Shown in pieces: positions 28,479 to 38,530 of a stretch of 64,000 bases of DNA. Source of the DNA: Nitrospinales bacterium (GTDB lineage: Bacteria; Nitrospinota; Nitrospinia; Nitrospinales; VA-1); NCBI GenBank assembly GCA_965223345.1, contig CBDCWG010000012.1, forward strand, positions 2,592,001 to 2,656,000, in the 5' to 3' direction. The position numbers and the translations under genes are program-made. Under the pieces are notes generated by a model. The model worked only from the letters and a program-made list of their open reading frames with translations, was not told the DNA's origin and did no database searches. The first letter of the stretch is position 1. The number at the start of each line of letters is the position of its first letter.

Positions 28479-28721
28479 GGTGTGCACCCTGCAGATCGAC
28501 GGTTATTGGATGGAGTTAAATCCATATATAAAGTAGATTGAAGCGAGAAGAAAATTTTTTATGATGAAGATGCGTTTCTGGATACCGGTCTTCTCAGAAA
28601 ATGTACACTGTTAATGTAATTTTATCAATAGTTATTTTTCATTTTTTTTGAAACGGTGCCGACGATGTGAGCAAATTAATTGAATAATTGGCCTTTATCC
28701 GGATAAAAAAATTAGATACAA

Positions 28722-28910
28722 TGATCGCATCCTCAGACTGAAAAGTGAGTTTCGGGAGGGGCCAACGGCTACCTTCCTGAAAATTTTGAGCGTATTTTTA
28801 TGGTACGGCGCTGTGGATCATATCGGTCGAGAGGCCGAACGGGCCAAGTTTTTAAGACCGGCCGGATCCCGGCTTGAGGGGGGAGCTCTGAGCCTGAGGG
28901 CTTGCGATCA
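28722..28910 (+). ncRNA. Candidate structured RNA (~190 nt) upstream of tolC
   Basis: Closing stem TGATCGCA-TCCTCAG / CTGAGGG-CT-TGCGATCA, hairpin 28750-28782, GNRA-capped hairpin 28823-28838; wobble pairs read G-U on + strand. Confidence 0.45.
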
Positions 28911-28998
28911 GAGGGCCCGATCGCCGCTGCACCCGTAGGAAAGAAACCCCGAATTTCCTGAAGGCAATATTCACCCGTAGAACGGAGTCCGACAGGTC

Positions 28999-30591
28999 AT
29001 GTTCAGAATCAAACGTCTCCCCTGCTTTCTGTGCGTTTTGCTGCTTTCCCCGTTTATTTCCCTTTCCGCTGCCTGGTCCCAGGGCGCGCAACCCGAGAAA
29101 CCCGCATTCAACCCGTCCACGCTGATCCTTTCGCTGAAAGACGTGGTCGAGGGCACGCTGCGCAACAACGTCGCCATCGCCGTCGAGGAGTTCAACTCCC
29201 GGGTGCGGGAACAGGACATCACCGTCGAGGAGTCGATCTTCGACCCGGTCATCGATGCCGAACTTTCCAAGCGGGAGAAGACCAACCAGGTGTCCAGCGC
29301 CTTCGCCTCGCCGGACAAGTCGCGCAACCGCGACGTGGTCTGGGACATCGCGCTCAGCCAGAGGCTGGTCACCGGCGCTGAGTACGAACTGAGCTTCAAC
29401 AACGACAAAAACCGCACCAATTCCGATTTCGCCGGCCTCAACCCCCAGTATTCCTCGGAGCTGGTGTTCTCCATCTCCCAGCCGCTGCTGAAAAATTTCG
29501 GCATCGACAACAACAAGCGCGAGATCTACATCGCCAAGAATAATCTCGATATCTCGGATTACGAATTCGAGAACGCGGTCATCAACACGATCACCGACGT
29601 GGAGAACAATTACTGGGACCTGGTGTTCAGCATCGAGGATTTGAAAGTGAAACAGAAGTCGCTGGAGCGGGCGCGGGACCTGGAAAAACGGGTGCGGGCG
29701 CAGGTGGAGGTGGGAACGCTGGCGCCTCTGGAAATTCTGCAGGCGCAGGCCGATGTGGCGGACCGCGAAGAGGCCCTGCTGGGGGCGGAGGATCTGATCA
29801 AGGACAACGAGGACACGCTGAAAAATTTCATGAACATTCCGTTCGATTCTCTGGATGCCGACAAGCAGGTCCTGCCCTCCGACCGGCCGCCCTTCAAGCC
29901 GGAAGAGACCGTGGACGTGCGGGAAGCGATCAAGGAAGCGCTGGCGAAACGGCCCGATTACCGGTCCCGCAAAAAGCAGCTGGACAACGACAATATCCGG
30001 CTCAAATACAACCAGAACCAGTTGTATCCCACGGTGGACCTGTTCGGCAGCCTCGGGCTCAACGGCATCAGCGGCGAGGCGGTGAACATCACTTCCGGGT
30101 CGGTGCAGGGCCGCAGCCAGTTCGGCGGCGGCTACGACGAGACGCTGGCGAACCTGTTTTCCACGAAATACTTTCTCTGGGAGTTCGGCCTCAAGTTCAA
30201 CTACCCGATCGGCAACCGCGAGGCCAAGAGCCGGCTGACCCAGTCGCGCCTGACGGTGGCCCAGACCCTGCTGGATCTCAAGGACCTGGAGAAAAAGATC
30301 GTCGTCGAGGTGCGGGAAGCCGCGCGGCAGATCCGCACGGAGGTCAAACGCGTGTTCGCGACGCGGGCGGCGCGCAAACTGGCGCAAGAACAGCTGAATG
30401 CGGAAGAGAAGAAGTTCGAGGTGGGCCTGTCCACCAGTTTCAATGTGCTCGAGTTCCAGGAAGACCTGGCGGAAGCGCAGAGCAATGAAATCCAGGCCCT
30501 CATCGATTACAACAAGTCGAAGATCCGCCTGCGCCAAGCCGTGTCCACCACGCTGGAGGAACACGGCATCAAAATGGAAAGGGATTCATGA
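28999..30591 (+). CDS. TolC-family outer-membrane efflux channel
   Basis: Signal peptide, ISQPLLKNFG, two OEP repeats, EEKKFEVGLST. Confidence 0.9.
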   Translation: MFRIKRLPCFLCVLLLSPFISLSAAWSQGAQPEKPAFNPSTLILSLKDVVEGTLRNNVAIAVEEFNSRVREQDITVEESIFDPVIDAELSKREKTNQVSSAFASPDKSRNRDVVWDIALSQRLVTGAEYELSFNNDKNRTNSDFAGLNPQYSSELVFSISQPLLKNFGIDNNKREIYIAKNNLDISDYEFENAVINTITDVENNYWDLVFSIEDLKVKQKSLERARDLEKRVRAQVEVGTLAPLEILQAQADVADREEALLGAEDLIKDNEDTLKNFMNIPFDSLDADKQVLPSDRPPFKPEETVDVREAIKEALAKRPDYRSRKKQLDNDNIRLKYNQNQLYPTVDLFGSLGLNGISGEAVNITSGSVQGRSQFGGGYDETLANLFSTKYFLWEFGLKFNYPIGNREAKSRLTQSRLTVAQTLLDLKDLEKKIVVEVREAARQIRTEVKRVFATRAARKLAQEQLNAEEKKFEVGLSTSFNVLEFQEDLAEAQSNEIQALIDYNKSKIRLRQAVSTTLEEHGIKMERDS

Positions 30592-31919
30592 AAAAGACCC
30601 TCACCATCCTTGGGGTCGTTCTGTTCCTTGTCATTCTTCTACTACTTTTTGCCAACCCGAACGGCAAAGAAGACGAACTCAAAGCCGAATTCAAAACCAC
30701 GGACGTGCTGCAGGGGGATCTGTTCGTGAAAATTTCGGCCACCGGGGTCGTCGAACCCAATTTCAAGGTGGAGGTGAAGTCGAAAGCGAGCGGGGAAGTG
30801 CTGAAATTTCCCTTCGAGGAAGGCGATCCGGTCCGCAAGGGGCAGCTGCTGCTGGAGCTGGACAAAACCGATGAGAAGCGCAAAGTCGCCAAGGCCAATG
30901 CGGAACTGGCCAGCGCCACCGCCAAGCTGAAAAAGGCGGAGACCGCCCTGCTCCTGCAGCGCACCAAGTACGACACGGACCTGAGAACGGCCCGCTCCGA
31001 GCTGGAAGCGGCCGAGGCTAACTTTCAGGAAGCGCAGGACAAGCTGAAACGGCAGCGCGATCTGTTCGAGAGGAAATTCATCTCCCAGGAGGCGCTGGAC
31101 GCCGCGGTGACCAGTTACGCGGTGAACCGGGAAAAGGTGATCCAGTCGAAGGCGCAGCTGCAGGCGGCGCAGGATGCGGTCCACGATATCACGCTCAAGG
31201 AGAACGAGATCGAGCTGGCGCGGTCCGAGGTGGACCGGGCGCGCATCTCTCTGGATGAAGCGAAGGAGCGGCTGAGCGAGACGGAAATTTCCGCCCCCAT
31301 CAGCGGCATCGTGATCCAGAAGCTGGTGGAGGAGGGGCAGATCATCGCCTCCGGCATTTCCAACGTCAGCGGCGGCACGCCGTTGATGACGGTGGCGGAC
31401 ATGTCGCGCCTGTTCATCATCGCGGACGTGGACGAAACCGATATCGGCTCGGTGCGCGTGCAGCAGAAAGTCAAGATCACCGCCGACGCCTTTCCGAGTC
31501 AGGAGTTTGAGGGAACCGTGACCCGGATCGCGCCGCAGGGAGAAGTGGAGAACAGCATCACCATCTTCAAGGTGAAGATCGAAATCGTCGGAGCCGGAAA
31601 AAACAATCTCAAGCCGATGATGTCGGCGAACATCGAAATCGTCACCGCCTCGGCCCCCAACGCGGTGCATGTGTCGCGCGGGGCCATTCGCACGGAAGGG
31701 GACGAACCCTTTGTGGTTTTGCTGAAAGCCGGTCAGCCCACGAAGGTTCCTGTCACACTGGGGATCGAAAATCCCATTCACTCGCAGATCGTTTCCGGTG
31801 TGGAGCCGGGAGACAAGGTCGTGCTGGGGGACTGGGAAAAACTCGTCGCCGAAGCCGAGCAGTCGCAGAAAAAAGGATCGGCTTTGAGAAAAATCCTCTG
31901 GATGATACGGTCTAAATAG
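30588..31919 (+). CDS. Efflux periplasmic adaptor (MacA-like MFP)
   Basis: SATGVVEP..VEVKSKASG, EGD.V.KGQLL..LD, I.APISG.V, DVDETDIG. Confidence 0.92.
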   Translation: MKKTLTILGVVLFLVILLLLFANPNGKEDELKAEFKTTDVLQGDLFVKISATGVVEPNFKVEVKSKASGEVLKFPFEEGDPVRKGQLLLELDKTDEKRKVAKANAELASATAKLKKAETALLLQRTKYDTDLRTARSELEAAEANFQEAQDKLKRQRDLFERKFISQEALDAAVTSYAVNREKVIQSKAQLQAAQDAVHDITLKENEIELARSEVDRARISLDEAKERLSETEISAPISGIVIQKLVEEGQIIASGISNVSGGTPLMTVADMSRLFIIADVDETDIGSVRVQQKVKITADAFPSQEFEGTVTRIAPQGEVENSITIFKVKIEIVGAGKNNLKPMMSANIEIVTASAPNAVHVSRGAIRTEGDEPFVVLLKAGQPTKVPVTLGIENPIHSQIVSGVEPGDKVVLGDWEKLVAEAEQSQKKGSALRKILWMIRSK

Positions 31920-31984
31920 ATAGAACGAAACGAAATTCCGCCAGCTCCTGTTGCGTGATTTTCGTTCTCAGCGGGAAATCGTTT

Positions 31985-33898
31985 ATGCAATTTCATTTTC
32001 AGCTCTTATTGCGGCCGTTTGCGCGCGCCGCCCTGGCCGCGGCGCTGCTCATACTGGCGGCGTGTTCCGCCCTGCCCTTTTCTTCGTCCGACGAAGCGGA
32101 AGGCGACGCGCAGGCGGAAGCGGGCGAGAGCGAAAAGAAAAAGAGCAAGTACGAGGTGGAGGTGAAAGGACTCGAAGACAAGGAGATCCTCAAGGTGGTA
32201 GAGGCTTCGTCCAATCTCGTGCAGATGGCCAAGGAACCCCTTTCCAGCCCGGTGGGGCTGATTCAGCGGGCGCGCGCCGACCGGGAGCGCATTCAGAATG
32301 TGCTGAAATCCTTCGGGCATTTCGCCGGCAAAGTGAAGATGCAGATTGCGGGGCAGGCTCTCGACAACGTCCGCCCTTCCCTGCTGCGGCGGGAAGAAAC
32401 GCCGAAGGTAATGATCGAAGTCGAACCGGGGCCGCAGTACACGTTCGGCAAGGTCGAGCTCAAGGGGCTGGAGCGCGCGGAGCTGAGGGACATATCGCCC
32501 GATCTGACGACCGGCGACCCCGCCAAGGGACAGGCGGTGCTGGAAGCGGAACGGGAAATCGTCGCGCGGGCGAAGCTTGCGGGTTTTCCCTATGTGAAAC
32601 GGACCTCGCGCAAAATGATGCTGCATCATGAGCAGAGGACGATCGATCTGTTCTGGGTGTTCGAACCGGGACCGCTGGCGTCGATGGGCCCTGTGTTCAT
32701 CGAGGGGCTGGAACGCACGCATGAGGATTTTATTGCCAAAATGGTGCCCTGGAAATCGGGAGATCAATACGACCCGCGGGTTCTGGAAGAATTTCGCAGC
32801 GATCTTTCCGGGATGGATCTGTTTTCCTCCATCAAGCTGACGCTTCCGGATGGAAAAAAACACCCGGAAAAATATTTCGAAGCGCCCATGGACATCGGGC
32901 TCAAACTCAAGGAAAAGGACGCGCGCTTTTTCGGGTTCGGCGCCGACTACTCGACGACGGAAGGCATCGGCATCGAAGCCTACTGGGGCCACCGCAACCT
33001 GTTCGGCCGTGGAGAGAGATTGAAAGTGACCGGGCGCGTGGGGCGGCTCGTGGAAAACGATTTCGACAAGATCGACAAAAGCCTGGGCTTGAGTTTTCGC
33101 AAACCGGATTTTCTGACGCGCAAGCAGGATCTGTTGTTCGATTTTGAAATTCTCAACGAAAATCCGGACGCGTTCGAACGCGACGCGGTGACCAGCGCCG
33201 TGGGCATCGAGCGCTACCTGACGGAAACGCTGTCGTTCAGCGGCGGCGTGAGTGCGGAGTATTCCAAGATCACCGACAACGACAGCGAGGAGGAGTTTTT
33301 GATCTTCGGGTTCCCGCTGGCGCTCAGGCACGACACGACGGACGATCTTCTGGATGCCAAACGCGGCTGGCGCAACGAGATCCGGGTCACGCCCTACACG
33401 ATTGCGGTGGGGGAAGGGGATTCGTTCACAGTGACGCGCCTGATCAGCCGGACGTATCACCGGCTGCTGGGCAACGACAGAATCGTGCTGGCAGGACGGG
33501 TCGGCCTGGGGGCCACCTTCGGCTCCGACACGCAAGAGATCCCGGCGAACAAACGGTTTTTTGCAGGCGGCGGCGGTTCGGTGCGCGGCTACGAGTTCCA
33601 GAACGTCGGTCCGCTGGACGTCGACAACGAACCGGTGGGCGGCCGCAGCCTGATCGAGGTCAGCGCCGAGATCCGTTTCCGGTACAAGGATTTCGGCATC
33701 GTGCCGTTCCTGGACGGCGGCAATGTGTACGATTCGGAGTTGCCCAAGTTCGATGAGAATCTGCAATGGGGCGCGGGTGTGGGTTTTCGCTATTACTCGA
33801 AGATCGGTCCCCTGCGCGCCGATCTGGCGTTTCCGCTCAACCGGCGTGAGAACGACGACCCGGTGGCGTTTTACATCAGCATCGGGCAGGCGTTTTAG
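31985..33898 (+). CDS. tamA: TamA-like Omp85 protein with lipoprotein signal
   Basis: POTRA region, HRNLFG.GE, RFFAGGGGSVRGY, GPLRADLAFPL, FYISIGQAF; LAAC lipobox. Confidence 0.9.
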   Translation: MQFHFQLLLRPFARAALAAALLILAACSALPFSSSDEAEGDAQAEAGESEKKKSKYEVEVKGLEDKEILKVVEASSNLVQMAKEPLSSPVGLIQRARADRERIQNVLKSFGHFAGKVKMQIAGQALDNVRPSLLRREETPKVMIEVEPGPQYTFGKVELKGLERAELRDISPDLTTGDPAKGQAVLEAEREIVARAKLAGFPYVKRTSRKMMLHHEQRTIDLFWVFEPGPLASMGPVFIEGLERTHEDFIAKMVPWKSGDQYDPRVLEEFRSDLSGMDLFSSIKLTLPDGKKHPEKYFEAPMDIGLKLKEKDARFFGFGADYSTTEGIGIEAYWGHRNLFGRGERLKVTGRVGRLVENDFDKIDKSLGLSFRKPDFLTRKQDLLFDFEILNENPDAFERDAVTSAVGIERYLTETLSFSGGVSAEYSKITDNDSEEEFLIFGFPLALRHDTTDDLLDAKRGWRNEIRVTPYTIAVGEGDSFTVTRLISRTYHRLLGNDRIVLAGRVGLGATFGSDTQEIPANKRFFAGGGGSVRGYEFQNVGPLDVDNEPVGGRSLIEVSAEIRFRYKDFGIVPFLDGGNVYDSELPKFDENLQWGAGVGFRYYSKIGPLRADLAFPLNRRENDDPVAFYISIGQAF

Positions 33899-33927
33899 GT
33901 TGGAAATTTTTGCGTAAGTCTCAAGAC

Positions 33928-33956
33928 TGTCATGCTTCGACAGGCTCAGCATGACA
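33928..33956. repeat. Palindromic REP/MITE-like repeat between tamA and tamB
   Basis: TGTCATGCTTCGACAGGCTCAGCATGACA. Confidence 0.8.
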
Positions 33957-33988
33957 ATCTTATGCAAAGATCTCAATAAAGGAACAGC

Positions 33989-36900
33989 ATGATTGCCATA
34001 GTGCGGATGATTGTAACCCTTGTGATCGCCGTCCTGCTGCTCGTTGTGGTGGGAGGTGCGGGGCTGTTCGCTTACCTCAAGACCGAGGCGGGACAGCAGC
34101 GCGTGGTGGGGTTGATCGAATCGGCCACCGAATCGGCGGACATGCAGGTGAAGTTAGGCTCGCTCAACGCGGCGCTGCCGGCTTTTCTGGAAGTCAACGG
34201 CATCCAGCTCGCCGACGCGGAAGGCGTGTGGCTGACCATCGACCGCTTCCGCTTCCGCTGGCATCCCACTTCGCTTTTCAAGGGCAAACTGAAAATCTCC
34301 GAACTCTCCTTCGGCACCATCGATGTGGCGCGTGCGCCGAAAACGCCGCCGAAGGAACCCGAACCCGCCAAACCCTCCGGCGGCACGCCCGGACTGCCGG
34401 TCACGATCGAGGTGGACCGCTTCGGCGCCGAGCGCATTCATCTGGCCGAGCCGGTTCTGGGGGAAGAAATCACCCTCACCTTCGCCAGCCGCGCCGCCTT
34501 TCTCGGCATGGGCGAGCGGGCGATCTTTGAGCTGGCGCTGGACCGCATCGACGCCACGCAGGCGTCCCTGACAGCGAGTTTCTCCTTCGTGCCCGATACG
34601 AAAATGCTGTCGATCGATCTGCTGGCGAAAGAGCCCGCCGGCGGTCTGGTCGTGCGCACGCTGGCGCTGCCCGGTCTGCCGCCGTTGAACGCCTCGATCC
34701 AGGGAAAGGGTCTGATCGAAGACTGGAAGGGCCGTTTCGGCCTGCGCGCCGGCTCCGGCTTCTGGGTGGAAGGAACGGCGGCGATCCGCGAACTGGCGAA
34801 AGAAAAGGAAGCCTACGCGCTCGATCTCAACATGCAGGCCAACGCGTCCGCCCTGCTGGATGCGAAAATGCAGCCGCTGCAGGGCGAGGCGGTGCGTGTG
34901 ACGTCGCGCATCCTGTTCGCCGATTCGGGCGACATCCGGCTTGAGCGCACGGAAATCGAAGCCCCGGCCGGAAAATTTTCGCTGGCCGGTGAGGTGAAAC
35001 CGCAGAGCCAGGAGATGGATCTGGATTACCAGTTGCTCGCTGGCCCCTCGGCTTTATTCAAAGAACTGGTGCCGGATGTGACGTGGAAGACCGTGCAGGT
35101 CTCCGGCAACGCCGGCGGCACGTTCGCCAAACCGGATGTGGCCGTGGAGCTTTCCGTGGCGTCGCTCACGGCGGCGGAGCTGACGGTTCCCGAGATCTTC
35201 GTGCGTCTCAAAGCGCTGCCGGACAAGCCACTCGGCCAGCCGGGCACGAAGCTGGCGCTGACGGGCAACGGCCGCGTCGCTCTGCCCGAGGGCGGGCCCC
35301 CGGTATTGAAAAACATTCCGCTGGAGCCGCTGACCTGGACCGTCAATGCGGCGGTACTTGCCGATGCCAAGCGGGTGGATCTGAATTCGCTGCACGCGAC
35401 GTTGAAAGCGGTGGTGCTGGATGTCAACGGCCGCCTGGATGAATGGGGGCAGCGGGCCGCGCTCAAGACGCGCATCGCCCTGCCCGATCTGGCGGCGTTC
35501 TCCAAAGTTGCGGGCATGCCGCTCAAAGGCAAGCTGAACCTCGACCTCGACACCCGCGTTGCGGACGCCGGGCAGGCGGCGGAAGTGCAACTGGCGTCTC
35601 TGATTCAGGGGCTGGTGACGGCGAACCCCCCGGTGGACGCTCTGGTCGGCGAGCGGGTCGAGATCAAGGGCACGCTGAAACGCGGCAAAAACGGTCTCAC
35701 CGAGGTCAAGAAGCTCACGATTGAAACCGCCGCGGTGGACACGGCGCTGGACGCCGCTCTGAAACCCGATCAGACCGTGCGGGCGAACTGGTCGGTGACG
35801 GTTGCGGACCTCGCGCCGGTGGCGAAAGCGCTGGATAAGCCGCTCTCCGGCGGCATCCGCATGCGCGGCAACGCTTCGGGCTCCGTGGATTCTCCCGCCG
35901 TGCGTGTGGAAGTGGCGAGTCAGAATCTGGTTTTCGATGGCAAACCGCTCAAAACCGAGGTGGCGCTCGATGCGCGCGATCTGGCGAAGAACCCGAAAGG
36001 CAAGCTTGAGGTGCAGGCCGAAGCGGAGAACATCCCCGCCACCGTGTCCACGCGGTTTGCGCTCAGGAACAACGAGCACCTGCACCTGGACGACCTGCGC
36101 CTCGCCTCGCTGGGGGCTTCCATCGAGGGCGCTCTCAAGGTGGCGCTGAAATCGGGGACGGCGCGCGGCACGCTGCGCGGCGGCGTGAAGGATTTTTCCG
36201 GCATCAACCGGCTGGCGCAGCAGAAGCTGTCGGGCGATGTGAACTTCAAGGCCGACCTCGCCGATACAAACGGTCAGGATGTGACGTTCGCGCTGCGCGG
36301 GAAAAATCTCAGGCTTGACGGCGAATCCCCCCTCAAAGTGGCGAAGGTGGAAGCGGACGGCAAGGTCCTCGATGCGACGGGCAAGCTCAAGCTGGACAGC
36401 CGCGTGTCCATCGCCGGGGTCGAGAACGCGGCGGCGACGGTGAAAATGCTCGATCTCACGGCCAAGGGCGGGCTCGAGCAATTGAATTTCCAACTGGCGA
36501 CGGTGGCCGTGCAGACCGAAGGCCCGGAGCTTGCGCTCAAATCCGCGGGCGTTGTGAAAGTCGAGGAAACCGGTCAGACCGTGGTGCTCAACCGCTTCGA
36601 GGGCGAGGCGGTGAAGATCCCGTTCAAGACCGTGCGTCCCGCCACGTTCACGATGTCCGGGCAACGCATGGCGCTCAACGATTTCATTCTGGCGATCCGC
36701 GACGGCAAGATCGCGGCGGATTTTGCGATGGACTCGGCCAGCGCCCAGGCCAAGGTGGCGATCGAGAAAATGCCACTGGCGCTCGCCAACGTGGCGAGCC
36801 CGACGCTGGATCTTTCCGGGCGGCTGGACGGCAAAGTCACGCTGTCCACGCAGGCGGACAAGCCCGGCGCATTCGTGGAACTGGCGGCGCGCGACATCAA

Positions 36901-38386
36901 AACGGGGGCGATCCAGGATTTTCCCGCGGCGAGTGCGGATGTGAATGTGGAGTGGACCGGGCAGGAGGCCACTTTGAAGCTGGTGGCGGTACAGCCTCCC
37001 GCTGCCAACTTCGATGTGGATGCGAGCGTGCCGCTGTTTCTCAAACAGGGCCCCTTCGGGTTCGAACTGCCGCCGGACGCACAGCTCAAGGCGGAAGCGG
37101 TTGGCGAACTGGTGCTGGAACGTCTCAACGATCTGCTGCTGCCGAACGGCGACCAGATCAAGGGAACCGTGAACCTGGATGCCAGGGTGTCCGGAACGAT
37201 GAAGAAACCCAATGTCGTCGCGGACGTTTCCATGGACGACGGGCAGTTCGAAAGTTTGCAGTTCGGCACCCTGATCCAGGCGATGAAACTGAAAGTGCAC
37301 GGCGACATGCAGGAAGTCAAACTAGAAACCTTTTCCGGCAGCACGCCCAACGGCGGCAGCCTGAACGCTTCCGGAAAGGTGGATTTTTCCGACATGAAGA
37401 ACATCCTGGCGGACCTGTCCGTGAAAACCGACAAGGCGCAGCTGACGGCGATGGACACGATGGTTGCGGTGGTGAGCAGCGGCCTTGAGTTCAAGGGCCC
37501 TTTGAAGAAGGCGCAGCTCAAGGGAGACATCGTCCTGGATAGGGTCGAGGTGTTTCTGCCCAACACGCTGCCGCCCAGTGTGGTGGTGCTGGATGTGGAA
37601 GAAGCGAAGAAAAAGGGCGAAGGCGGATCCGGCGAGGATGGAGCCGAGCCGAAGGAAAAAGAACCGCCGATGGAAATCGGCCTGGATGTGAAGGTGCGCA
37701 CACCGAACCCCATTTTTGTGCGTGGACGCGGGCTGGACACGCAGCTTGCCGGAAACCTGCACGTGACCGGCACATCGCTGGACCCGGCGGTGGACGGCGT
37801 GTTCGAGATGCGCAAGGGATCGATGGACCTGCTCAGCCGCAAGGTGTCGTTCAACAAGGGCGTGGTTTCGTTCGACGGCGTGCCCCGGCGCGATCCGCTG
37901 CTGGATTTCAAGGCGGACATTCCCTGGAAGGACGTGGTGCTGCACGTCATCGTCAAGGGACCGGCGGGCAACCCGCAAATTCAACTGGCCTCGACGCCCG
38001 AACTGCCGCAGGACGAGATCCTGGCGCGGCTTCTGTTCGACAAGACCGCCGGCGCCATGACGCCGCTGGAAGCGGTGCAGCTCGCCAACTCCGCGGCGCA
38101 GCTTGCCGGTCTGGGAGGCCAGGGACCGGGCATCATGGACGAGGTGCGGGGTTCGCTGGGGCTGGACACGCTGAAATTCGGCGGCGGCAGCGGCGACACC
38201 GGCCCCGGTGTGGAAGCCGGGAAATACGTTGCCGAGGGTGTCTACGTCGGCGTCAAGCAGGGATTGAACACCGAACAGAGCTCCGCCGTGGTGGAGTACG
38301 AGATCACACCCAATGTCAAAGTGGAAAGCGACATCGGCGCCAACTCGGAATCGCGGCTGGGCATCAACATGGAATGGGATTATTGA
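33989..38386 (+). CDS. tamB: Translocation and assembly module TamB
   Basis: N-terminal anchor, long beta-rich region, DUF490 C-terminus (VRGRGLD, PELPQDEILARLLF, GLDTL, GKY..WDY). Confidence 0.92.
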   Translation: MIAIVRMIVTLVIAVLLLVVVGGAGLFAYLKTEAGQQRVVGLIESATESADMQVKLGSLNAALPAFLEVNGIQLADAEGVWLTIDRFRFRWHPTSLFKGKLKISELSFGTIDVARAPKTPPKEPEPAKPSGGTPGLPVTIEVDRFGAERIHLAEPVLGEEITLTFASRAAFLGMGERAIFELALDRIDATQASLTASFSFVPDTKMLSIDLLAKEPAGGLVVRTLALPGLPPLNASIQGKGLIEDWKGRFGLRAGSGFWVEGTAAIRELAKEKEAYALDLNMQANASALLDAKMQPLQGEAVRVTSRILFADSGDIRLERTEIEAPAGKFSLAGEVKPQSQEMDLDYQLLAGPSALFKELVPDVTWKTVQVSGNAGGTFAKPDVAVELSVASLTAAELTVPEIFVRLKALPDKPLGQPGTKLALTGNGRVALPEGGPPVLKNIPLEPLTWTVNAAVLADAKRVDLNSLHATLKAVVLDVNGRLDEWGQRAALKTRIALPDLAAFSKVAGMPLKGKLNLDLDTRVADAGQAAEVQLASLIQGLVTANPPVDALVGERVEIKGTLKRGKNGLTEVKKLTIETAAVDTALDAALKPDQTVRANWSVTVADLAPVAKALDKPLSGGIRMRGNASGSVDSPAVRVEVASQNLVFDGKPLKTEVALDARDLAKNPKGKLEVQAEAENIPATVSTRFALRNNEHLHLDDLRLASLGASIEGALKVALKSGTARGTLRGGVKDFSGINRLAQQKLSGDVNFKADLADTNGQDVTFALRGKNLRLDGESPLKVAKVEADGKVLDATGKLKLDSRVSIAGVENAAATVKMLDLTAKGGLEQLNFQLATVAVQTEGPELALKSAGVVKVEETGQTVVLNRFEGEAVKIPFKTVRPATFTMSGQRMALNDFILAIRDGKIAADFAMDSASAQAKVAIEKMPLALANVASPTLDLSGRLDGKVTLSTQADKPGAFVELAARDIKTGAIQDFPAASADVNVEWTGQEATLKLVAVQPPAANFDVDASVPLFLKQGPFGFELPPDAQLKAEAVGELVLERLNDLLLPNGDQIKGTVNLDARVSGTMKKPNVVADVSMDDGQFESLQFGTLIQAMKLKVHGDMQEVKLETFSGSTPNGGSLNASGKVDFSDMKNILADLSVKTDKAQLTAMDTMVAVVSSGLEFKGPLKKAQLKGDIVLDRVEVFLPNTLPPSVVVLDVEEAKKKGEGGSGEDGAEPKEKEPPMEIGLDVKVRTPNPIFVRGRGLDTQLAGNLHVTGTSLDPAVDGVFEMRKGSMDLLSRKVSFNKGVVSFDGVPRRDPLLDFKADIPWKDVVLHVIVKGPAGNPQIQLASTPELPQDEILARLLFDKTAGAMTPLEAVQLANSAAQLAGLGGQGPGIMDEVRGSLGLDTLKFGGGSGDTGPGVEAGKYVAEGVYVGVKQGLNTEQSSAVVEYEITPNVKVESDIGANSESRLGINMEWDY

Positions 38387-38530
38387 CCGGCGGCAACGGT
38401 GAACGGTGGGGGATGAAAAAAAAATATCCCCCTTTTGAAAAACTTTTTGTATGATCTGTTTCATGCCCTTTAAATCAAACGCGTTATTATTTTCGAACCC
38501 CGAATTTTCAATTTTCAAGGAACCGCTCTC

